Shown piece by piece: positions 28,780-38,771 of a stretch of 64,000 bases of DNA. The notes below the pieces were generated by a model, which worked only from the letters and a program-made list of their open reading frames with translations, did no database searches and was not told the DNA's origin. This stretch comes from an uncultured Gammaproteobacteria bacterium. GTDB taxonomy: Bacteria; Patescibacteriota; Microgenomatia; Levybacterales; UBA12049. The DNA lies in the NCBI GenBank assembly GCA_964416505.1, contig CAYQEJ010000002.1, forward strand, positions 968 to 64,967, in the 5' to 3' direction. Position 1 is the stretch's first letter. Each line of letters begins with the position of its first letter. Made by a program: the position numbers and the translations under genes.

Positions 28780-29812
28780 AGTCCCGTAGGCTTAACCCAA
28801 CAGCAATTGAGTAATCCGGAGCTTTATCAAGTATTTCTTTCGGGACTTGAGTTGGATTTAAAAATTTCCAGGGATTTGCGATTACTGATTCTATTCCAGA
28901 GCTATTTGCAAAATAAGTATCAATCCCAGGAAGTTTTGCGCTTTCCCCAGAAAGAATTATTTGCTCAATTCTACTATCTTTATATTTTTGCGAATAATAT
29001 ATAACTGCTTTTTTAACTTCAGAAAGAATAGAAGACATTATGGGTTCTGTTGCAGCTCCGATTCTTTGTCCCAATGGTCCTTTTGAAATACCATAAGTTT
29101 TTTTATACTCTTCCGCCTGAACACTAGAAAGTCCAAAATCAGCAGATATAGCCCTATTTATAGCGGAACCACCAATAGGAAGAGAGTAGGTAAATACAAG
29201 ATTATTTCCTATAACTATGGCAAGAGAGGTGGTGATGGCTCCAATACTTACAATAATTGTTGGTGTTATAGAATTTGTCGGCATGAATGCAGTAAGAGCT
29301 CTTACGCATGAAATTATTTCTGTTTCCATAGCATTCACGCTTAGCCCTGCCATTCCAAGAACTTTTTGATATTTTTTAACTATCAAGCTTGGTGCGCCCA
29401 CCATAAGCACTTCCATTTTTTCACTTGACTTATTATTTGCAGATCTTTTAATCACGTTCCATGAAAGCGAAATATTAGCAAGGGGAATTGGAATATATTG
29501 CTCTGCCTCCCAGTAAATTGCGGATGCTAATTCTCTGTCTGAGAGATATGGCATTTCAACTACTTTTGTATATACCTGATTTTCGGGAAGCGCAACGTTT
29601 ACGCTTTTTGTTGAAATTCCAGCATCAGAAACAGCTTTTTTAATTGCCTGAGCCATCTCCTCCTCATCAACTGGAGACTCAGAAAGCATTCCCTTAGGTG
29701 GGGTGGGGACCACAATACACGCGCTTAGCTTAAAGCTTTCTTTATCAGCTCCTAATTCCACAGCCTTTATGGTTGACGTACCTAAATCTAATCCGAAGGA
29801 TTTTTTATTCAT
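28769..29812 (-). CDS. pilM: type IV pilus assembly ATPase-fold protein PilM
   Basis: Actin-like fold motifs FGLDLGTSTIKAVEL, VNAMETEIISCVRAL. Confidence 0.8.
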   Translation of the reverse strand: MNKKSFGLDLGTSTIKAVELGADKESFKLSACIVVPTPPKGMLSESPVDEEEMAQAIKKAVSDAGISTKSVNVALPENQVYTKVVEMPYLSDRELASAIYWEAEQYIPIPLANISLSWNVIKRSANNKSSEKMEVLMVGAPSLIVKKYQKVLGMAGLSVNAMETEIISCVRALTAFMPTNSITPTIIVSIGAITTSLAIVIGNNLVFTYSLPIGGSAINRAISADFGLSSVQAEEYKKTYGISKGPLGQRIGAATEPIMSSILSEVKKAVIYYSQKYKDSRIEQIILSGESAKLPGIDTYFANSSGIESVIANPWKFLNPTQVPKEILDKAPDYSIAVGLSLRDYEH

Positions 29813-29814
29813 AA

Positions 29815-30624
29815 TTATGGAAGGAATAAGTTATAAGGAAAATATTCAACAGGGACTTTGGGAAATCCCTTAAACACCCTTACTCTTCTTTTAGTATTTC
29901 CTGATGTTCCTACAGAGTCAATAACATAACCCTGAATAGGAAAATTTGCGCTTCCTCTCACCCCAATAAAAGTGTTTGCAAACAAAGGAATAATTCTTGC
30001 TATATAACCTTGAGAAATATTTATACGAGTTCCTCTGTCATACGTAACTCCATCTACAGTGAGCGATCCTGGAGGTGCACTAGGTGTAGAAAAACCACTT
30101 CTTCCGCATCTATCTACTACTGTTCTCGTCATATTAGGACTATTCCTATTCGCTCCACTTATAATTACTATTTCCAAAGCTGGATCAGGATCCTCATCAG
30201 CCGGTGGATTACAACCATTATTATCCTTCCAGTAAATATCTAAATTCCCAGTCCAGGGAGTTCCGCCAAAATTTGGATGTGTTGTAAGCCAAAGATCCAC
30301 TCCGTCATCTTTCAATACTTCTCCTTTTCCATTTAAATTAACTTCCAGTCCGTTTTGAGGATCCACTGTAGCATCAAATCCAGTATTTGAGGAAAAATCT
30401 GGCTTAGATAAATTAGCAGGAGTGGAATCTTTAATAAGCTCTTCTACTCCTGCTTCAGCTGCAGATAAAGCTTTTTGAGAATTTGCTTCTTCAGTCGTTA
30501 CGCTCGTATTTGTAATTGTTCGCGATACAGCGGATAAACCAACTGTTAAGGATACTACAGCAGCTAAAACAACAATGAGGAGAATTTGCCCTTTTTGGCT
30601 ATTTTTTGGACGGAAAAGCCCCAT
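29815..30624 (-). CDS. pilus-associated membrane-anchored protein (possible PilX/minor-pilin-like)
   Basis: N-terminal hydrophobic anchor QILLIVVLAAVVSLTVGLSA without the G|FTLIE cleavage motif. Lies between pilM and the prepilin genes. Confidence 0.35.
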   Translation of the reverse strand: MGLFRPKNSQKGQILLIVVLAAVVSLTVGLSAVSRTITNTSVTTEEANSQKALSAAEAGVEELIKDSTPANLSKPDFSSNTGFDATVDPQNGLEVNLNGKGEVLKDDGVDLWLTTHPNFGGTPWTGNLDIYWKDNNGCNPPADEDPDPALEIVIISGANRNSPNMTRTVVDRCGRSGFSTPSAPPGSLTVDGVTYDRGTRINISQGYIARIIPLFANTFIGVRGSANFPIQGYVIDSVGTSGNTKRRVRVFKGFPKVPVEYFPYNLFLP

Positions 30625-30664
30625 ACTTTAAGACTAACAATGCCAAAGCTTGATGTCAACACGC

Positions 30665-31210
30665 TTAAAGATTGCGCATTTTTATCGATGTGGAGAAATA
30701 ATTTGATTTCGTTTTATTTGAATCAGGTGCTCCTAAACGAGTTAAACCAAAACTCACCCCAATTACTGGTGGGGTAGAATCATCTTTTCTTACGCAGGTA
30801 ATCTGGCAGGAATCTGGAATAACTTGAACTCTTGATTTATCCAAATAGGTAACAGTATCAATTGCTATATCTTCATCCGTACAAGAAATCATTCTCGTAG
30901 CTCCTCCGCTTTTTATTTTTACGTACTTATAATAAAGTCCGCTTACAGTATCAGAGCATGAAGTTATATATGAGTCGGCTTCTCCTGTTTCACTTACTCC
31001 TTCAAAACCCTCTGCGAACTGAATTGACCGAGAAATTCTGGTTAGGGCACTTGTACCATTTTGCCTAACTTCTTCTGAGACAGTAGACTTTGTAACACCT
31101 GTGAAAGATGAAGCGAGAATAGAAACAACAACCGTAGTTGTAGTTATGATAATCGCCATCGAAACAAGCATCTCGATTAATGTAAATCCAAAATTTAATT
31201 TATTTTTCAT
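30665..31210 (-). CDS. type IV prepilin/pseudopilin
   Basis: Class III signal MKNKLNFG|FTLIEMLVSMAIII. Confidence 0.7.
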   Translation of the reverse strand: MKNKLNFGFTLIEMLVSMAIIITTTTVVVSILASSFTGVTKSTVSEEVRQNGTSALTRISRSIQFAEGFEGVSETGEADSYITSCSDTVSGLYYKYVKIKSGGATRMISCTDEDIAIDTVTYLDKSRVQVIPDSCQITCVRKDDSTPPVIGVSFGLTRLGAPDSNKTKSNYFSTSIKMRNL

Positions 31211-31211
31211 A

Positions 31212-31718
31212 TTAAGGATTATTTAACTTATCTAAATCTGATAGGCAAGTATCTAAGGCCACCTTATGACAAAAATCTCCATTTGTACATTTAGGATCAG
31301 TCCAACTAGCAGTAGAGGAAACAAATGATGAACCCACCTCGCATTGACTTACGCCAGTTTTATCCCTACCTCCAGACAAAGCGGTTCCATGATCAATATA
31401 AATCTCTATTAAGAATTGATCTTTTGTACAAACATCAGAAATCTCGAGGATTCCATCCTGCGTTGGACAATACAACGGTCCTCCACCAAAAGAAGTCGCA
31501 AGAGAAATAAACGAATCATAGTCAGAAGACTTCATATATCTGGCGATATCAATTCCTTCTTGAGCATATTGAGTAGCTGCATTCTGACTTTTGGTATAAG
31601 TTGCATTATTCAAACTACTAGTCACTGCTACTACTACCGCAGTAATTATAGCCACTGCAAAAGTTAACGCCAAAAGCGCTTCAATCAATGTACTTCCTCT
31701 TTGTAATTTATTACTCAT
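31212..31718 (-). CDS. prepilin-like protein
   Basis: MSNKLQRGSTLIEALLALTFAV is a degenerate prepilin leader. Confidence 0.55.
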   Translation of the reverse strand: MSNKLQRGSTLIEALLALTFAVAIITAVVVAVTSSLNNATYTKSQNAATQYAQEGIDIARYMKSSDYDSFISLATSFGGGPLYCPTQDGILEISDVCTKDQFLIEIYIDHGTALSGGRDKTGVSQCEVGSSFVSSTASWTDPKCTNGDFCHKVALDTCLSDLDKLNNP

Positions 31719-32211
31719 TTTCAGTTATGATTCCTGAAGTATCGACGCCAATTGATCTATATGAAGAACCACTTGTAATTCTAATTACAGCATTATTATT
31801 TGCTTCTCCAGATAATATATAAAATCTAATGGGGGAAGAGGAAGATGGCGTCGGAGGAGATTCAAAATTTACTCCAGTCGGAAGACTAATCGTTTTAACA
31901 ATAGGGAAATTAGTTACACCACTACAAACCTCTTGTAAAAAATATCTGTCTGGATCAGTTGAAAAATCAAAACTTACTTGATATCCGACCAATGCTCTAC
32001 CGGTTTGATTGCAAGCTGCTGTTGCCACTACCTGTGAAAGCGCTTTTGCTTTTGCTTCATTAAGAGTATTTAAAAGCGTATCTCTGGCTATGTTTAAGTT
32101 TTGATTTGCACTAAACCGTCTAAATCCCACTAAAGAGCCAATTGACACCAAAAGAATAATTGCCATAACTAATAGAATTTCAAGAAGCGTAAAGCCTTTA
32201 TTGAAGTTCAT
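31711..32211 (-). CDS. type IV prepilin/pseudopilin
   Basis: MNFNKG|FTLLEILLVMAIIL. ATGA overlap with the upstream pilin stop. Confidence 0.6.
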   Translation of the reverse strand: MNFNKGFTLLEILLVMAIILLVSIGSLVGFRRFSANQNLNIARDTLLNTLNEAKAKALSQVVATAACNQTGRALVGYQVSFDFSTDPDRYFLQEVCSGVTNFPIVKTISLPTGVNFESPPTPSSSSPIRFYILSGEANNNAVIRITSGSSYRSIGVDTSGIITENE

Positions 32212-32798
32212 GGATTTTGTACAAAATAATAATACCCACTTGCGCATCCTAGATAGGCAGGGGGAGTTCCTGTTGCCCTTTCGCTATCATTTCTTTCCAA
32301 ACAAGCATAAAGCCTATATCCTCCAGTTGTCGCTCCGCATCCTGGATCAGTGCAGTAATAATAATTATTTGATGATTTAGGATCCTTTGGAACAGATTGT
32401 AGATAAGTTACCTGAGGAGCAGAACAATCATCCTTCATGGATGTATTGGAATCGCAATTCGCTACAGTATTACTTATTCCTTGATCAGGATAAACACCTT
32501 GATCTGATCTATAAAGCTCGAGTGCTGCCTGAATTTGTTTCATATCTGATTTTCTCTTTGAATCTCTCGAATGCTTAAGCTGATTCGCAGGATTAATTAT
32601 AGTTATTAGTCCTGCGGCAAATATGCCAAGCAAGGCTACTACTATAACAAGCTCTACTAACGTAAAACCCAATTTTGAAGTGCGAGAAGAGTTGTAATTT
32701 TTGGTATCAAAATTTCTGAAAAAAACAAAACTACGATTGCTCCGAAAACTAAAAAAGGACCGAATGGTACGGCAAATTTCATGGATTTTTTCTTCCAT
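32208..32798 (-). CDS. type IV pilin with unusually long (43-aa) leader. Start uncertain.
   Basis: SKLG|FTLVELVIVVALLGIFAAG pilin N-domain. The only in-frame ATG is 43 codons upstream and overlaps the pilD 3' end by ~140 nt. No nearer ATG/GTG/TTG. Confidence 0.5.
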   Translation of the reverse strand: MEEKIHEICRTIRSFFSFRSNRSFVFFRNFDTKNYNSSRTSKLGFTLVELVIVVALLGIFAAGLITIINPANQLKHSRDSKRKSDMKQIQAALELYRSDQGVYPDQGISNTVANCDSNTSMKDDCSAPQVTYLQSVPKDPKSSNNYYYCTDPGCGATTGGYRLYACLERNDSERATGTPPAYLGCASGYYYFVQNP

Positions 32799-33472
32799 AA
32801 AATTAGTATGATGCCCACAATTCCTCCTGTCAAGAACGCTACGTAAAGCGATAAAACAATTCCCGGGAAGCCAAGTATCAATCCTAAAACAAAAGCAAAT
32901 TTCACATCCCCAAAGCCCATCCCTTTTCCTTTTGTTAATAAAAATATTAAAAGAAAAAATAAAAAAGTACCTAAACCAGTAAATAGATTTATTACTAATA
33001 AATTTGGATTTATAAAAATATTAAATATCAAACCTAGGATAACTAAAAAAATTAAAACTTTATCTGGGATGATTCCGAATTTCAGATCTACAAAAAATAT
33101 TACAATCAGACTTGAGACTATCAATAAATTGTATGAAGTAAGCAGAATATCAGGATAACTCGCCAAATAGATAAACATAAAAAACAGACCAGTTACAATT
33201 TCCAATAACAAATATTGGTAAGAAAGCTTTATCCTGCAATATCTACATCTTCCTTTTAGCACTAAAAAGGAGAGGAGGGGAATAAGATCAATCCACTTTA
33301 GAGTTTTTTTACAGTTTTCGCAGTAAGACCTTCCAAGCAAAGTTTCATTTCTAGGAAGTCTGTCTATGAGAACATTAAGAAAAGAACCAACAAATGTTCC
33401 CAGTATAAAAAAAATTAAGCCGAAAAAAATGCTCACCAAAGTGAGCATAATAAAATACGAAGACAAGGTCAA
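32657..33472 (-). CDS. pilD: prepilin peptidase (A24 family)
   Basis: N-terminal Cys-box CENCKKTLKWIDLIPLLSFLVLKGRCRYCR, polytopic membrane core, catalytic Asp region GFGDVKF. Confidence 0.8.
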   Translation of the reverse strand: MTLSSYFIMLTLVSIFFGLIFFILGTFVGSFLNVLIDRLPRNETLLGRSYCENCKKTLKWIDLIPLLSFLVLKGRCRYCRIKLSYQYLLLEIVTGLFFMFIYLASYPDILLTSYNLLIVSSLIVIFFVDLKFGIIPDKVLIFLVILGLIFNIFINPNLLVINLFTGLGTFLFFLLIFLLTKGKGMGFGDVKFAFVLGLILGFPGIVLSLYVAFLTGGIVGIILILWKKKSMKFAVPFGPFLVFGAIVVLFFSEILIPKITTLLALQNWVLR

Positions 33473-33473
33473 G

Positions 33474-33962
33474 TTAGTTGCATGCGCTTGCTGAAGTTGG
33501 AGCTGATGCTACAAAACATGACTTTCCAGTTTGAGAAGAATACATAAAATATGGGTTTGAAGTATATTTCTTAGATTTTACAGTTCCATATACTACAAAA
33601 TTATTATTTGTAGTATCTACTAAGTAGTCCATTGTCCATCCACTTGGAACACTGCTCAAATTAATTTTCATAGTTGTTAAATTTGCCGAAGTATTCGTTA
33701 AATAAGTTCCATTGTTGCTTTGTATAGCATACTGTTCAGCTCTATTAGCATACTCTCTAACTGAATTCATAACATTTTGATCATTTGCTTGTTTTATTTT
33801 ATCTGCTGGATCTATTGCGAGAAGAAGTCCTGCAGCTAAAATACCTAAAATTGCTATAACTATTAAAAGCTCTACCAATGTAAAACCTGAAGAACTAGAA
33901 GAATCTGATGAACTCGAAGAACCGCCGAGAAGCTTCTTAAGTAATTCGAGCAGTTTTTTCAT
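33474..33962 (-). CDS. type IV pilin (candidate major pilin)
   Basis: Ser-rich leader then G|FTLVELLIVIAILGILAAGLLLAI. First structural gene after pilC. Confidence 0.7.
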   Translation of the reverse strand: MKKLLELLKKLLGGSSSSSDSSSSSGFTLVELLIVIAILGILAAGLLLAIDPADKIKQANDQNVMNSVREYANRAEQYAIQSNNGTYLTNTSANLTTMKINLSSVPSGWTMDYLVDTTNNNFVVYGTVKSKKYTSNPYFMYSSQTGKSCFVASAPTSASACN

Positions 33963-34015
33963 ACTAACTTATATTAGTCACAGCAAAACTCTCTTGTCAA
34001 TAGCCTCTATAGAAA

Positions 34016-35221
34016 CTATTGAACAGCGTTAAGAATGCTATAAATTGGAGTAATAACTGAGAAAACCAAGAAGCCTACGCCGACGCCCAAAACAATCATA
34101 ATGAAAGGTTCCATTGCAGTAGTAAGTGTTTTTACAGATTGACCAACTTCGTCTTCAAAATACTCAGATGCCTTGAGCAGATTTTCATCCATTTTTCCTG
34201 TTTCTTCTCCAACTTTCACTAATTGTATTAGAAGAGGAGGGAATATTGCGTAATAGGAAAGCGCTTCACCTACAGGTACTCCTTTTTCTACTCTTTTCGC
34301 AACATCCATTACGGCTTTTTCATAAAGAATATTTCCTGTAACCCCAGCGCTCTGATTTAAAGCATCTACTATAAGCGTTCCTGTCCCAACTAGAAGGCCA
34401 AAGGTTCTGGAAAATTCAGTAAGAATTGTTTCCTTCATAATCCTCCCAAAAAGAGGAAGCTTCAAAATATTTTTATCGTAAATCTCTCTTCCCGTAGGTG
34501 TTCTTTTCCATCTTATAAAACCATATATAAATACTCCAAAGAATCCCACAAGGAGAAACCAGATTTTTCCTATCATACTTGAAACACCCACCACTATTCG
34601 GGTCACTAAAGGCAAGGTTACCCCCAGACTGTCATACAACCTACTTAGCTGAGGAATAACAAATATCATTAAAATAAATATCACGACAAACATAAGTGTT
34701 ATAACGATGGCAGGATACATAAGCGCCCCTTTGACAGTACTTCTCAACTTATGTTGTTTTTCTAAATTTGTGGCTAGACGAAGAAAAACCTTATCCAAGA
34801 GTCCTGAGGATTCTCCTGCTCTAACCAAAGAGACATAAATTACTGGAAAAACATCTGGATATTTAGAAATTGATTCTGAAAAAGATTTTCCCTCTTCGAT
34901 ATCCAGCAAAACTCCTCCTATCGTTTCCTGAAGATATTTATTAGCAGTTTGCTCTTTTAATATTTCTAGAGCTTTTACAAGAGTGAGACCTGAAGCAAGC
35001 ATGGAAGATAATTGTCTTGTAAAAAGAATTAAATCTTTAGACTTAACTTTGCCGGTTCCCGGAAGTTTTTTTAGAAGTTCATACTCTGCTTCTTTTGATA
35101 TCTGAATAGGAATAAGGTTTCTTTGTCTTAAATAATAAGCTGCGTCTTTAATTTCTTTTGCTTCTACAAATCCTCTTACTTTTTTTCCATCCTGAGAAAC
35201 TGCTTTATATCTTAATCTCAT
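34016..35221 (-). CDS. pilC: type IV pilus platform protein PilC (GspF family)
   Basis: Two GspF repeats with TM segments. Lies between pilT and the pilin. Confidence 0.85.
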   Translation of the reverse strand: MRLRYKAVSQDGKKVRGFVEAKEIKDAAYYLRQRNLIPIQISKEAEYELLKKLPGTGKVKSKDLILFTRQLSSMLASGLTLVKALEILKEQTANKYLQETIGGVLLDIEEGKSFSESISKYPDVFPVIYVSLVRAGESSGLLDKVFLRLATNLEKQHKLRSTVKGALMYPAIVITLMFVVIFILMIFVIPQLSRLYDSLGVTLPLVTRIVVGVSSMIGKIWFLLVGFFGVFIYGFIRWKRTPTGREIYDKNILKLPLFGRIMKETILTEFSRTFGLLVGTGTLIVDALNQSAGVTGNILYEKAVMDVAKRVEKGVPVGEALSYYAIFPPLLIQLVKVGEETGKMDENLLKASEYFEDEVGQSVKTLTTAMEPFIMIVLGVGVGFLVFSVITPIYSILNAVQ

Positions 35222-35223
35222 AA

Positions 35224-36291
35224 TTAAACAACCATTCTAAGAAGATCGTCAGGTCTAGCTGCGTAGCTTTTTGCAGTCTCTAGACTAATAGTTCCACTCA
35301 TTACCAGAGAAGAAAGTGAGGACTCAAGACTTATCATTCCAATATCCTGAGAAGTTTCTATTATCGAATCAATTAGATGTGTTTTTCCTTCACGAATATT
35401 TGTAGCAACAGCATTGTTCCCAATAAGAACTTCTGCTGAAGGAACTCTTCCGCCATTTATTTGAGGCAAAAGTCTTTGAGAAATAATTCCTTTAAGAGTA
35501 GATGCAAGCTGAATTCTTACTTGGGCTTGCTGACTTGGCGGGAATGAATCAATAATTCTATCAATTGTTTGCGATGCTGAGTTAGTATGAAGAGTAGAAA
35601 AGACCAAATGTCCTGTTTCGGCGATTGTAATAGCAGCAGAAATTGTTTCTGGGTCTCTCATTTCTCCGACCAAAACTACATCTGGATCTTCACGAAGAGC
35701 AGAACGTAGCGCATAATTCCATGAATGTGAATCTTGTCCCATCTCTCGCTGAGACACGATACTTTTTCCCACAGGATAGACATATTCGATAGGATCTTCG
35801 ATTGTTAAAATATGCATTGACCGATTAACATTTATCTCGTTTATCATTGCGGCAAGCGTGGTCGATTTTCCATGACCAGTTGGGCCTGTCACTAAAATAA
35901 AACCCTGTTTAAGTTTGGCAAATTCATTACAAATCTTAGGAAGCCTTAGCTCCTCAATAGTTCTAATTCTTGGCTCCAAAAACCTAAATGCACCAGAAAT
36001 ATAACCTCTTTGATAATAAATATTTACCCTAAATCTTCCTTCAGAGCCGCTTTCATCTTTAGAATAACCAAATGAAAAATCCAATTCTTTATTTGCAAGT
36101 AAAAGCTCTTTTTGATGTGGACTTAAAATGGAAAAAATCATCATTTCCAAAACTTCACTTGTTAAAGGTGGATAATTTGATAAAGGAATCAAGACCCCGT
36201 CAATTCTCAGAGTGGGAACAATTCCCACTAAAAGATGTAAATCTGATGCTTTATTTTTTACTGTTAAACTTAAAAGTTCTTTAATATCCAT
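35224..36291 (-). CDS. pilT: twitching-motility retraction ATPase PilT
   Basis: Walker A GPTGHGKST, Asp box, Walker B, His box. PilT-size protein of 355 aa. Confidence 0.85.
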   Translation of the reverse strand: MDIKELLSLTVKNKASDLHLLVGIVPTLRIDGVLIPLSNYPPLTSEVLEMMIFSILSPHQKELLLANKELDFSFGYSKDESGSEGRFRVNIYYQRGYISGAFRFLEPRIRTIEELRLPKICNEFAKLKQGFILVTGPTGHGKSTTLAAMINEINVNRSMHILTIEDPIEYVYPVGKSIVSQREMGQDSHSWNYALRSALREDPDVVLVGEMRDPETISAAITIAETGHLVFSTLHTNSASQTIDRIIDSFPPSQQAQVRIQLASTLKGIISQRLLPQINGGRVPSAEVLIGNNAVATNIREGKTHLIDSIIETSQDIGMISLESSLSSLVMSGTISLETAKSYAARPDDLLRMVV

Positions 36292-36312
36292 AAAAATATA
36301 TAACTAAAATAA

Positions 36313-38025
36313 CTATTCCTGCGCAACGCGCAAAACTTCTTCTACCGTAGTGACTCCTTTTAGCACTTTAATATATCCATCCTGCTTCATAGTAATCATT
36401 CCTTCAGCGACAGCTTCTTTTTCCAAAGAAATACTATCTGACCTTTTTAAAATCATTTCCGCAATTTTTGTAGTTATGGGCAATACCTCAAAAATTCCAA
36501 CTCTTCCTTTATATCCTGAATTATCACATTCGACGCAACCTTTAGTCCTAAAGAACTTTGCTTCACCAGGAGGGAAAAGTGGTCCAAGCTCTTTTTTCAT
36601 AGTCTCTAAAAGCTGTGGTGGGGGAGGATATCCTGTTTTGCATGTCTGACAAAGCCTTCTAACAATTCTTTGTCCAACAATTGCATTCATAGAAGAAGAT
36701 AAGAGAAATGTTTCTGCTCCTAAATCCAAAAGTCTTGGTAACGCACCAGAAGCGTTGGAAGTATGTAGAGTAGAGAAGACCAAATGTCCTGTTAGCGCAG
36801 CTTGTATTGCCAGATCTGTGGTTTCTTTATCACGAATTTCTCCTACAAGTATAATATTTGGATCCTGTCTCAAAAATGCTCTAAGACCCGTAGCAAAAGA
36901 AAGCCCCACTCCGCTATTAACCTGAACCTGATTTATTCCTGGCATTTCATACTCAACGGGATCTTCCAAGGTCATAATATTTACCTTAGGACTATTCAGC
37001 TTGTTCAAGACTGAATAGAGCGTAGTTGTTTTTCCAGATCCCGTAGGTCCACAGACAAGTATTATTCCATGGGGTCTTAGCATATTTGTCTCTAAATTCC
37101 TAAGAGAAGTTCCTACAAGCCCAAGCTCTTCCAGAGTTGGTATACCTCCGCTTTTTCGTAAAAGTCTCATTACAATTTTTTCTCCATGAGCAGCAGGAAG
37201 GACTGAAATACGAAGATCAACTTCTTTATCATCCACTTTAAAATTAAATCTTCCATCCTGAGGTGTTCTATGCTCATCAATTTTCATTTCTGAAAGAATT
37301 TTAATTCTTGAAACTACTGCTTCTTGTACAGTTTTTGGAAGACTAAGTCTGTCATACAAAATTCCGTCAATTCTGTATCTGACTCTTACTCTTTCTTCCT
37401 GAGGCTCTATGTGAACATCTGAAGCTCTACTTTTTACAGCATATTCGAGAATAGTTGATACAATCTTGGCAATCGGAGCTTCTTTAATTATTTGAGCAAT
37501 CTGAGTAGAATCTACTGTCTTTGTTTTTGGAGCCTCTTCTGTCTCTTTAAGCGCTTCTCCAACTTGACCCACCAAAGCTTGCTTGTACTGCATATCAATT
37601 GCTTGCTTAACAGCAGTTGGCGCAGCAGCGAATGCTTTGATATTAAGTCCGGTTTTTTGTCTTACAAATGAAATCGCATCAAGATCCACTGGATTTCCCA
37701 TAGCAATCGAAAGCGTTTTTGTCCTATCGTCATAAGCGAAGGGAATAAGATTAAATCTTTGAACTACCGCTTCAGGCACAAGACCAAGTGCTTGGGGAGA
37801 AAAGGAAGTAGCATCAATCGAAATATATGGAATTCCTAAAAGCTTAGCTTTTACTTCTGAAAGCTTGTCTTCACTCACATATCTTAGAGTGTTAAGAGCA
37901 TCTTCTTCTGAAATTCCCTGAGTTACAACGCGAAGTTTTATGTCATTATATTGAACAGGCGACAGAAGTCTCTGTGCATAAAGCGCGTCGGAAATAGCTG
38001 TTTGAGTAACAGGATTTATGGGCAT
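36313..38025 (-). CDS. pilB: type IV pilus assembly ATPase PilB (GspE family)
   Basis: N-terminal GSPII domain, Walker A GPTGSGKTTTL, tetracysteine motif. Start set at MPINPV... because the upstream ATG would overlap the divergent holB start. Confidence 0.85.
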   Translation of the reverse strand: MPINPVTQTAISDALYAQRLLSPVQYNDIKLRVVTQGISEEDALNTLRYVSEDKLSEVKAKLLGIPYISIDATSFSPQALGLVPEAVVQRFNLIPFAYDDRTKTLSIAMGNPVDLDAISFVRQKTGLNIKAFAAAPTAVKQAIDMQYKQALVGQVGEALKETEEAPKTKTVDSTQIAQIIKEAPIAKIVSTILEYAVKSRASDVHIEPQEERVRVRYRIDGILYDRLSLPKTVQEAVVSRIKILSEMKIDEHRTPQDGRFNFKVDDKEVDLRISVLPAAHGEKIVMRLLRKSGGIPTLEELGLVGTSLRNLETNMLRPHGIILVCGPTGSGKTTTLYSVLNKLNSPKVNIMTLEDPVEYEMPGINQVQVNSGVGLSFATGLRAFLRQDPNIILVGEIRDKETTDLAIQAALTGHLVFSTLHTSNASGALPRLLDLGAETFLLSSSMNAIVGQRIVRRLCQTCKTGYPPPPQLLETMKKELGPLFPPGEAKFFRTKGCVECDNSGYKGRVGIFEVLPITTKIAEMILKRSDSISLEKEAVAEGMITMKQDGYIKVLKGVTTVEEVLRVAQE

Positions 38026-38068
38026 TACTATAATAGTATGTAAAAGTGTGGTATAAATCAAGAAAAAC

Positions 38069-38710
38069 ATGAATACATTTATCATTTCTTCAAAAAATTT
38101 AGAAAAGGGAATAGGGGAGAGTGAAAAATTAATTAAGGGATATAAAATTGACGCTTTTGATATTCAAAAATTAGAATTTGAAAAAGCGCTGGGAATTGAA
38201 GACGTAAGGAAAATTCAGGAAAAAATTTATCTAAAACCTTTCAAAAGTGAAAAAAAAGCAGTAGTCATTATTATGAAAAATGGCGCTACAGTAGATGCTC
38301 AAAATTCCATGTTAAAACTTCTAGAAGAACCCCCAACCACAACGCTTATTTATTTGATTACGGATAATTTCCAATCTTTTCTTCCTACTATTTTATCTCG
38401 CGCAAAAATTATAGAACTTAGAGAAGAATTAGAAGCAAATATAGAAAATCTGGAAAAAATTTTGACATTAGATAAGACAGGAGACAGGCTTTATCTCGCA
38501 CAAGAAGTTTCTAAGGAAAAAGGGGATGCCATCAAATGGCTTGAAGGAGCTATACTAGCGGGTCGTGAAGAAATGTTAAAAACTTCAGATAAAGAAGAGG
38601 CCTTAAAATTCAGGAAGTTAATACACAAACTCGAACTAACTCATTATGATTTAAAAACCACCAACGCCAATCCTCGCCTCGCATTAGAAAACCTATTTCT
38701 AAACCTATAG
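38069..38710 (+). CDS. holB: DNA polymerase III delta-prime-like subunit (small AAA+ lid-type)
   Basis: LKLLEEPP and ILSRA motifs. 213 aa. C-terminal 15 codons (ANPRLALENLFLNL*) are the source of the downstream repeats. Confidence 0.6.
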   Translation: MNTFIISSKNLEKGIGESEKLIKGYKIDAFDIQKLEFEKALGIEDVRKIQEKIYLKPFKSEKKAVVIIMKNGATVDAQNSMLKLLEEPPTTTLIYLITDNFQSFLPTILSRAKIIELREELEANIENLEKILTLDKTGDRLYLAQEVSKEKGDAIKWLEGAILAGREEMLKTSDKEEALKFRKLIHKLELTHYDLKTTNANPRLALENLFLNL

Positions 38711-38721
38711 AAATTTACGCA

Positions 38722-38746
38722 CGCAAGGCCTGGCCTTGCGAGGCTA
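38722..38746. repeat. palindromic hairpin element H1 (CGCAAGGCC-t-GGCCTTGCG + AGGCTA)
   Basis: Perfect 9-bp inverted repeat with 1-nt spacer and no T-run. Related copies at 41312-41342 and 42246-42270. Confidence 0.6.
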
Positions 38747-38771
38747 GAGAACTCATAGTATAATCCGCGCC

